Shown here one piece after another: positions 29,323 through 36,165 of a DNA stretch of 64,000 nt (its first letter is position 1; every line of letters starts with the position of its first letter). The notes under the pieces are model-generated. The model saw only the letters and a list, made by a program, of their open reading frames with translations, was not told the origin of the DNA and did no database searches. This DNA comes from Victivallales bacterium (lineage in GTDB: Bacteria > Verrucomicrobiota > Lentisphaeria > Victivallales > GWF2-50-93), in contig JBAQUG010000455.1 of assembly GCA_049297395.1 (NCBI GenBank), positions 16-64,015 of the forward strand, read 5' to 3'. The translations under genes and the position numbers were made by a program.

Positions 29323-29352
29323 TTGACATAATCAGGACAAGAAGTATATTAT
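29323..29352 (+). promoter_or_regulatory. sigma70-like promoter candidate upstream of thrS
   Basis: TTGACA at 29323-28, followed after 16-18 nt by TATATT/TATTAT (29345-52). Confidence 0.4.
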
Positions 29353-29449
29353 CCCTCTCAAATTTAAACAGCATGAGGATTTATATTTTTTAAATGTCAG
29401 TAATCATTTGTTCCTACCAGATAGATGCCGGACGGGAGTTCTTCCTGTC

Positions 29450-31177
29450 ATGAGCACTTTTCCACTTGAAACTGTCCGCCACAGCTGCTCCCATATTATG
29501 GCTGCCGCCGTTAAAAGGCTATACCCCGACACCAGGTTCGATATCGGTCCCTCAACCGACGACGGGTTCTACTATGATTTCGACATGGAGCACCGCCTTG
29601 GTCCGGAGGATCTTGAGGCCATTGAAGCGGAAATGCAGAAGATAGTTTCCGAGAAGCTTCCCTTCAAGAGGATGGAGCTTTCACGTGCGGAATCTGAAGA
29701 CATCCTGAAGAAGGAGAAGCAGAACTTCAAACTGGAACGCCTTGCCGACATACCTGAAGGCGAAAGCATAACTTTCTTCCAGTGCGGGGATTTCGTGGAT
29801 CTCTGCCGTGGTCCGCATGTAGAGCACAGCGGTCAGGCCGGTTCTTTCAAGCTGCTTTCAATTGCGGGCTCATACTACCGGGGCAAGGAAACCAATCCAA
29901 TGCTCCAGCGCGTCTACGGAACTGCGTTTGCGAACGACAAGGAGCTCAGGAAATATCTCACGCTCGTTGAAGAGGCGAAGAAGCGCGACCACCGCAAGCT
30001 TGGAAAAGAGCTTGAGCTTTACACTGTTGCCGAAGATGTGGGACCCGGTCTCATCATCTGGCAGCCGAAGGGTGGCAGGATCAGGAACCAGATAGAGAAT
30101 TTCTGGCGCGAGGAGCATTACAAGAACGGATACGAACTGCTTTACACGCCCCATATCGGCCTTGCAAAGCTCTGGCAGACCAGCGGGCATCTCGACTTCT
30201 ACAAGGATGCGATGTATTCGCCGATGGAAATCGACAAGAACAATTATTATGTGAAGCCGATGAACTGTCCGTTCCACATACAGGCCTACCAGACGAGGAA
30301 CCGTTCATACCGCGAACTTCCTCTTCGCTGGGCGGAACTCGGCACGGTATACCGCTACGAAAAAGGCGGAGTCCTGCATGGGCTCCTGCGTGTCCGCGGA
30401 TTCACCCAGGACGACGCCCATATCATATGCACCCCTGAACAGATTGAGGACGAAATAGAGAGGGTTCTCAAGTTCAGTCTCTATATATGGAAATGTTTCG
30501 GCTTCAAGGAAGTCAATGCGTACCTTGCGACCAGGCCGGAAAAGGCTGTCGGCGAGGAATCGCGCTGGGCACAGGCCATCGTCTCGCTTGAGAAGGCTGT
30601 CAACAAATGCGGGCTCAAATGCGAAGTCGACAAGGGCGGCGGGGCATTCTACGGGCCAAAGATCGACTTGAAGGTCAAGGATGCGATCGGACGCGAATGG
30701 CAGACCACCACCATACAGTTCGACTTCAATCTGCCGGAACGTTTCGACATGAATTATATTGCGGCCGACGGACAGAAGCACCGTCCATACATGGTCCACC
30801 GCGCCCTGTTCGGTTCGCTTGAAAGATTTTTTGGAATACTGATCGAGAACTGCGCGGGAGCATTCCCGCTATGGCTCGCTCCTGAACAGATCAGGATTCT
30901 TCCGATAACCGAAGAACAGCATGAAGCGACGTTGAACCTGGCGAACAGGCTCAAGGAGCTTGGATTCAGGGTCGACTACGATCTGCGCACCGAGAAGATC
31001 GGCGCAAAGATCAGGGATGCAAGAAATCTCCGCATACCCATGATTGCCGTCATCGGTGAAAAGGAAGTCGCGGCCGGGACTGTATCGGTCAGAAGCCGCA
31101 GGGAGGGCGAGCTTGGCGCCATCAGCATCGACACTCTCATTGAGAAGATGAAGATGGAAGTGGCGGAAAAACTCTGA
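29450..31177 (+). CDS. thrS: threonine--tRNA ligase lacking the N-terminal TGS domain
   Basis: Begins at the editing-domain motif VRHSCSHIMAAAV. Also has CRGPHV, RDHRKLG, FTQDDAHI and the class II core. Confidence 0.93.
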   Translation: MSTFPLETVRHSCSHIMAAAVKRLYPDTRFDIGPSTDDGFYYDFDMEHRLGPEDLEAIEAEMQKIVSEKLPFKRMELSRAESEDILKKEKQNFKLERLADIPEGESITFFQCGDFVDLCRGPHVEHSGQAGSFKLLSIAGSYYRGKETNPMLQRVYGTAFANDKELRKYLTLVEEAKKRDHRKLGKELELYTVAEDVGPGLIIWQPKGGRIRNQIENFWREEHYKNGYELLYTPHIGLAKLWQTSGHLDFYKDAMYSPMEIDKNNYYVKPMNCPFHIQAYQTRNRSYRELPLRWAELGTVYRYEKGGVLHGLLRVRGFTQDDAHIICTPEQIEDEIERVLKFSLYIWKCFGFKEVNAYLATRPEKAVGEESRWAQAIVSLEKAVNKCGLKCEVDKGGGAFYGPKIDLKVKDAIGREWQTTTIQFDFNLPERFDMNYIAADGQKHRPYMVHRALFGSLERFFGILIENCAGAFPLWLAPEQIRILPITEEQHEATLNLANRLKELGFRVDYDLRTEKIGAKIRDARNLRIPMIAVIGEKEVAAGTVSVRSRREGELGAISIDTLIEKMKMEVAEKL

Positions 31178-31331
31178 TAAAAATTGAAACGGAGTCTCGG
31201 CGAACCGGAGATACGGAGCTTGAAACTTGAAGTTGGGAATTTGTTGGAGTTCACAGCTTTAGCGTGTCTTGGGATTTGTTTTGGATTAAAAAATTCGTTT
31301 TTAGTAGTTAATAATATAGGAGGGCCTGCTT

Positions 31332-31847
31332 ATATCTAGGTTAGTCAAAGCCGGCGATCGTTTTCTCAGCGGTCGGGAAATTCGTCTTATTGGTGCCGAT
31401 GGAAGTCAGCTTGGGGTAATGACTTTTACGCGGGCGCTCGAACTTGCGAAGCAGGGCGGGCTGGATCTTGCGCTTGTTGCGGACAATGCGACTCCGCCTG
31501 TATGCAGGATTGTCAATTTCGGCAAGCTTATCTACGAGCAGAAGAAGAAGGAGAAGGAGCAACGGAAACTCCAGCACGCACACAAGGCGAAGGAGATAAA
31601 ATTCAGCTGCAACATAGATCCTCATGATTATTCGATAAAAATTAATCATGCAATTGAATTTTTACAGAAGAGCTATAATCTAAAGGCCTCCATGATGTTT
31701 AAGGGGCGTGAAATGGCCCACAAGGAACTCGGCTTTGGCATAATGCAGAAGGTCGTAAAGGACCTTGAGGGACATGGAATAGCTGAGGCCCCCCCTAAAC
31801 TTATGGGAAGAAGCATTATAATTAACTTTAATCCTGCACATCACTGA
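31332..31847 (+). CDS. infC: translation initiation factor IF-3, probable non-canonical ATA start
   Basis: The track ORF (31419) starts inside the N-domain. The frame is open back to the TAG at 31317-19 and encodes ...GREIRLIGADGSQLGV, the conserved IF3 N-terminus. AGGAGG lies at 31318-23, 8 nt before the ATA at 31332. No ATG, GTG or TTG is available in this stretch. Confidence 0.8.
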   Translation: MSRLVKAGDRFLSGREIRLIGADGSQLGVMTFTRALELAKQGGLDLALVADNATPPVCRIVNFGKLIYEQKKKEKEQRKLQHAHKAKEIKFSCNIDPHDYSIKINHAIEFLQKSYNLKASMMFKGREMAHKELGFGIMQKVVKDLEGHGIAEAPPKLMGRSIIINFNPAHH

Positions 31848-31906
31848 GAATGGCTGGCATCTGCCTTCGCAGCAGCATGAGCGGAAAAAAACAAAGGAGA
31901 CAAACG

Positions 31907-32107
31907 ATGCCCAAGATGAAGACAAGGAAATGCGCTGCGAAGCGTGTGAAAATGACCGGGACAGGCAAATTCACTCATTTCAGGGCCGGATCCAGACACC
32001 TCAAGACGGGAAAGAGCGGCAAGCGTTCACGCCGTCTAAAAAAGAACACTCTGGTCAGAAGCACTGAAATGGCGAGAATCCGCGCGGCTCTGCCTTACGG
32101 AGTCTGA
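31907..32107 (+). CDS. rpmI: 50S ribosomal protein L35
   Basis: MPKMKTRKCAAKRVKMTGTGKFTHFRAGSRHL, with AAGGAG upstream of ATG 31907. Confidence 0.93.
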   Translation: MPKMKTRKCAAKRVKMTGTGKFTHFRAGSRHLKTGKSGKRSRRLKKNTLVRSTEMARIRAALPYGV

Positions 32108-32152
32108 TTTCATTAATTTCAAAAACAACTACTATTTTCAGGAGATATCACA

Positions 32153-32509
32153 ATGCCAAGAGTAACATTTGCAGTTCCGTCACGCAAACGCCGTAAGCGC
32201 GCGCTGGATCGGGCGAAGGGGTTTTATGGTGCAAGCAGCAAGCAGATCCGTACGGTCTATGACGCGATCGACAAGGCTGATGCCAACGCTTATATCGGCA
32301 GGAAGCTGAAGAAGCGCGAGTACAGGGGGCTCTGGACCATCAGAATAAATGCAGCTTGCCGTTCACTCGGCACGACCTACAGCAAGTTCATGAATGGTCT
32401 CAAGAAGGCCCAGATCAATGTCAACCGCAAAGTCCTCGCGGATGTGGCGGTCAAGGATCCTGAAGCATTCAAGGTGTTTGTCGAGAAGGCAATGGCAGCT
32501 CTCAAATAG
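32153..32509 (+). CDS. rplT: 50S ribosomal protein L20
   Basis: MPRVTFAVPSRKRRKRALDRAKGFYGA...YRGLWTIRINAACR. Confidence 0.95.
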   Translation: MPRVTFAVPSRKRRKRALDRAKGFYGASSKQIRTVYDAIDKADANAYIGRKLKKREYRGLWTIRINAACRSLGTTYSKFMNGLKKAQINVNRKVLADVAVKDPEAFKVFVEKAMAALK

Positions 32510-32535
32510 CAGCTTCTGTAATAATCATACTGAAA

Positions 32536-32565
32536 AGCGCGGGTTTCATCCCGCGCTTTTTTTTT
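32536..32565 (+). terminator. Rho-independent terminator after rplT
   Basis: agcgcggg-tttcat-cccgcgct followed by a run of 9 T. Confidence 0.85.
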
Positions 32566-32648
32566 GATAAAAAGTCAATTATTTTCAAAATTCCGCCAAT
32601 AGTGCCGCGTTCCGTCCGTTATAACTTATAAAACACGGATGATATATT

Positions 32649-33236
32649 ATGATTGCAGCACTATCAAACAATGTTTTATCAGATTGCATGATGGAAGAAA
32701 ATTCAGACAGGGATCATCTGAGGAAATTTTCGAATGGCGACAATGACGCCTTCTACGCTATTTTCCGCAAGTACGAGAAGTCCCTCATTAAATACATCTA
32801 TGGATTCACCTTTGATTCCGAACTGAGCAAGGACATCTGCCAGGAAACCTTCCTCCGGCTGATCAACAGGCCTCCACTGTTTTTTCTTGGAGATTCAATA
32901 AAGCCCTGGCTTTTCAAGGTCGCGAGGAACAAGTCCATAGATGCGCTGCGGAGCCGGCATAGCAAGGGCGCGAGTGAAACAGAGCTTTACAACCAGTCGA
33001 AGAATTGCGAGGAACACCCCTCTGAGCTTCTTTCCCAAGATGAGAATATCGGCAGGTTGAAGTCTGCCATGAAGAATATCCCGGAAATGTACAGGGAGAT
33101 AGTTTCACTCCGCGTATATGGCAGGCTGACATTCAATGAAATATCGAAGCTTCATGGGATCCCTATGGGTACGGCGCTGTGGAGAATGCAGAAGGCGGTA
33201 TCTCTTCTGAGAGAGGAAATGGAGAAACAAAAATGA
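32649..33236 (+). CDS. ECF-type RNA polymerase sigma factor
   Basis: Region 2 (DICQETFLRLI ... ARNKSIDALR) and region 4 (YREIVSLRVYGRLTFNEISKLHGIPMGTALWRMQKA). The start may be an internal ATG near 32688. Confidence 0.85.
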   Translation: MIAALSNNVLSDCMMEENSDRDHLRKFSNGDNDAFYAIFRKYEKSLIKYIYGFTFDSELSKDICQETFLRLINRPPLFFLGDSIKPWLFKVARNKSIDALRSRHSKGASETELYNQSKNCEEHPSELLSQDENIGRLKSAMKNIPEMYREIVSLRVYGRLTFNEISKLHGIPMGTALWRMQKAVSLLREEMEKQK

Positions 33237-33745
33237 GCCAGCAGGAAAAATGCAGCCAGCTTGAGCAGAGGGCCCTGTCGCTCGGGGAATTAGGGGAATG
33301 GGAGGAGCACGCTTCAGGCTGCGAGGACTGCATGGGAAGGATCCGGATACTGAAGATGCTTGATGAAGATTCCAGAGAGCTGGATCTCAGGCTGGATCGT
33401 AAAGGCATTGCCGAACTCGAAAAAGCTCTCGCCCAAAGGCCTGATTCCGGCAAACTCATGTTTTTAAGGCTTTCCTATGCGCTTCAGTTCATGGCCATTA
33501 TTGCGGCAATAATCCTTGTTATTCATTTTTCATCCAGGGCGCCGGCCGTGGAAAAGACACATTCAACAGATAAAAATATTCTTGCATGGGATATGAAGGT
33601 TTCAAGCCAGGATATCGGCAGGAGGATCAGTAATGCGCTTAAGACCAGACATCCTGTGACTAAAAATCTTAATCCTGTCAACAAGGCTACAAACTCGTTG
33701 AAGAGGAAGGTGATTGAGCTTAGGAAGAACATGGAAAAAGTTTGA
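33233..33745 (+). CDS. anti-sigma factor (zf-HC2 type, single TM)
   Basis: The ATG overlaps the sigma stop (ATGA). HASGCEDC fits Hx3Cx2C. TM segment LSYALQFMAIIAAIILVIHF. Confidence 0.6.
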   Translation: MSQQEKCSQLEQRALSLGELGEWEEHASGCEDCMGRIRILKMLDEDSRELDLRLDRKGIAELEKALAQRPDSGKLMFLRLSYALQFMAIIAAIILVIHFSSRAPAVEKTHSTDKNILAWDMKVSSQDIGRRISNALKTRHPVTKNLNPVNKATNSLKRKVIELRKNMEKV

Positions 33746-33801
33746 GGTTCCCTTGAGGAATATGTTTAGAGGTTCACTAAAAATAACAAAAGGAGTTGAA
33801 G

Positions 33802-34446
33802 ATGAAGATCTCAAAACTGATGGCCCTGATCCTATGCGTGGGAATGTTTGGCTCGATGAGCCTGATGGCTCAGGAGGACAAAGACAAGGATGACGGAGGT
33901 GCTAATCAGGTGAAAACCATGGAACAGGCCTGGAAGGCGGCGCTTGAACAGCTTGAAGACGACCAGGACAGCGCCAAGAAGGTTGTTGAGTTCTACAAGG
34001 CGAACTTTGCTGAAAAGATAAAATTCCTGGAGAAGGAGCTGAAGGATGATTCAACGGAGGTTGTTTCGGAACTCACCAGCGACCTTTTAGAATGCAATCT
34101 AATCCTGACGACGAAGGATGACAGCCCTGAGAAGTTTAAGGAAGAGCTTGAATATATGAAGCTTGAGGTGAATACGGATTTGCTCGGAGAGAAGATTCAG
34201 GATCTCAAGGAGAAGGAAGCCGACAAGAATAAGGCTGAGATCGAGAAGAATGAGAAGGAACTCAAGAGCGAGTTGGGAAAGCTCTTCGACATGAAGCTCC
34301 TGAGGGAGAAGGAGGAGCTAAAGGATCTTGAAAAGGATATTGAAGAACTGAAACAGCATATAAGGCAGAGGGAGGAGAACCGCGACAAGATTGTCGATAA
34401 GAAACTCGAGGAACTTACGGGAGTTGACGAGGATCTCGAGTTTTAA
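33802..34446 (+). CDS. secreted acidic coiled-coil protein, function unknown
   Basis: Signal peptide MKISKLMALILCVGMFGSMSLMAQE and a K/E-rich heptad-like body. AAAGGAG lies 6 nt before ATG 33802. Confidence 0.5.
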   Translation: MKISKLMALILCVGMFGSMSLMAQEDKDKDDGGANQVKTMEQAWKAALEQLEDDQDSAKKVVEFYKANFAEKIKFLEKELKDDSTEVVSELTSDLLECNLILTTKDDSPEKFKEELEYMKLEVNTDLLGEKIQDLKEKEADKNKAEIEKNEKELKSELGKLFDMKLLREKEELKDLEKDIEELKQHIRQREENRDKIVDKKLEELTGVDEDLEF

Positions 34447-34478
34447 GCGTAGCTGTTTTTTTACATTTAGGTCAATCA

Positions 34479-34512
34479 GGGGCATGACATAAAAATCATG
34501 CCCCGTTTTTTT
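34479..34512 (+). terminator. Rho-independent terminator
   Basis: ggggcatga-cataaaaa-tcatgcccc followed by gttttttt. Confidence 0.85.
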
Positions 34513-34624
34513 GAGAAACTATTTAGGCCCATGAAGAAATAAAATTACTTCTTCCTCATAAATCTTGATTCTTCCCCGTCCCAGGACTATCTTTCCGGTC
34601 ATTAAATAAATCAGAAAATACAAC

Positions 34625-34909
34625 ATGCAACTTATGGCCAACCACAAGACCAAGCTTGAACTCGCCTGGATAGGCAAGGAGAACCGGCCGAAGCTGGAGC
34701 CGAGAATCCTCATAGAGGAACCGGAAAAATCCTATCATGACGATTACAGCCTTGAGATCAAGAACCTCCCGATGAAAGCTCCTGAGCCGGAGATAGCCAA
34801 AGAAGACAGGGGTGTGAAAGGTGCAAGGACGAAAGAGGAAAGAAGAAAACTGGCGCCGGATCAATCTTCGTTATTCGACTGGTCAGAAGGAAAGGAAGGG
34901 AAACCGTGA
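34625..34909 (+). pseudogene. 94-aa stub carrying only the N-terminal signature of a type III-like Mod DNA methyltransferase
   Basis: KTKLELAWIGKENRPKLEPRILIEEPEKSYH is recognised as the conserved Mod N-terminus. No SAM-binding or (D/N)PPY motif follows. The stop overlaps the next gene's GTG (GTGA at 34906-09). Confidence 0.55.
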
Positions 34910-36165
34910 AGCGTAAAACCTCTATTGCACGTCCGGCGGCGTCTGTTTACGAGCGCATACGGAATATCCTGGATTCCGCCAGGAGCAACGTTGCCCGTTC
35001 GGTGAACACAACCCAGGTCGTCGCGAACTGGCTGATTGGGCGCGAGATCGTGGAGGAGGAACAGAATGGAAGTCGCCGTGCAGAATATGGTGAGAGATTG
35101 CTCCGAAATCTCGTAGCCCAGCTCCAGGAGGATTATGGTGCTGGGTATAGCCTTGCAAATTTAAAATTTTTCCGCAAGTTCTATTTGGAATATCCTCACT
35201 TATGCGATGGAACAAAAGGCTACGCAGTGCGTAGCCTTTTGGCTGACTCCATGTCGAAGGATGCCGATGGAAAAGGCTACGCACTGCGTAGCCAATCTGG
35301 AAGTTCTTCAAAAACAATTAGTTGCGAGAAAAATCACGCACTGCGTGATTTTCCTATTCCGAGTGCTTTTCCCGCTGCAGTTGGCTACGCAGCGAGTAGC
35401 CAATCATGGTTGCCGGGCCAGATTCATCCTAATCTTTCCTGGACCCATTACCGTACACTGCTGCGTGTTGACAAGGCTGAGATCAGAGCTTTTTACGAGA
35501 TAGAGGCGATCAAGAGCAGTTGGTCGGCGAGGGAACTGGAACGGCAGATCAACAGTCCTCTTTACGAGCGGCTGGCATTGAGCAAGGACAAGAAAGGCCT
35601 GATGCGGCTGGCGACAAAGGGGCATGAGGTTCAGAAACCGGCTGACGTATTCAAGGATCCGGTGGTCATAGAGTTCCTGGGGATGCCGGAGTCATCCAAG
35701 CTGGTCGAGACCGATCTGGAAACCGCCCTCATCAGCAACCTGCAGACTTTTCTGCTGGAGCTTGGCAAGGGATTTGCCTTTGTGTCCCGTCAGGAACGCC
35801 TTACCTTGGATGGCGACCACTTTTATATTGACCTGGTTTTCTACCACACCATCTTGAAGTGTTATGTAATCATTGACCTCAAGGCGGGAAAGCTGACGCA
35901 TCAGGATCTTGGACAGCTTCAGCTGTATGTGAACTACTACGACCGTGAACGCCGGACCAAGGGGGACGGGCCTACGCTCGGATTGATCCTGTGTGCGGAC
36001 AAGAATGATGCCGTGGTGCGGTACACACTGGGAGAAGACCAGCAGAAAACAATATTTGCCAGCCGCTACAAGCTCCATCTTCCCAGTGAGACCGAGCTAA
36101 AGAACGAACTGCGGCGCGAAGTTAGAGTGCTGTCAGCGCCAATGAAGAAGGGAGATGCGAAATGA
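34906..36165 (+). CDS. DUF1016 (YhcG-like) PD-(D/E)xK nuclease domain protein
   Basis: N-terminal VVANWLIGREIVEEEQNGSRRAEYGERLL...LKFFRKFYLEYP. Then LSWTHYRTLLRV, WSARELERQI, and a C-terminal nuclease core FYIDLVFYH...VIIDLKAGK. Confidence 0.85.
   Translation: MKRKTSIARPAASVYERIRNILDSARSNVARSVNTTQVVANWLIGREIVEEEQNGSRRAEYGERLLRNLVAQLQEDYGAGYSLANLKFFRKFYLEYPHLCDGTKGYAVRSLLADSMSKDADGKGYALRSQSGSSSKTISCEKNHALRDFPIPSAFPAAVGYAASSQSWLPGQIHPNLSWTHYRTLLRVDKAEIRAFYEIEAIKSSWSARELERQINSPLYERLALSKDKKGLMRLATKGHEVQKPADVFKDPVVIEFLGMPESSKLVETDLETALISNLQTFLLELGKGFAFVSRQERLTLDGDHFYIDLVFYHTILKCYVIIDLKAGKLTHQDLGQLQLYVNYYDRERRTKGDGPTLGLILCADKNDAVVRYTLGEDQQKTIFASRYKLHLPSETELKNELRREVRVLSAPMKKGDAK
35214..35401 (+). 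repeat. four in-frame DNA palindromes at 57/57/51-nt spacing inside the DUF1016 linker
   Basis: Palindromes: aaaaggctacgc-agt-gcgtagcctttt (35214-40); ggctacgc-act-gcgtagcc (35275-93); aaaatcacgc-act-gcgtgatttt (35330-52); ggctacgc-agc-gagtagcc (35383-401). They translate to KGYAVRS, KGYALRS, KNHALRD and VGYAASS. Confidence 0.9.

Noticed and set aside
35214-35401. CRISPR-like appearance: regularly spaced palindromic repeats with spacers of about 30-35 nt
   Set aside because: Only four units are present and the repeats are not identical. They lie in frame inside a clearly coding DUF1016 gene, and no cas genes are nearby. Kept as a finding, but not as CRISPR.
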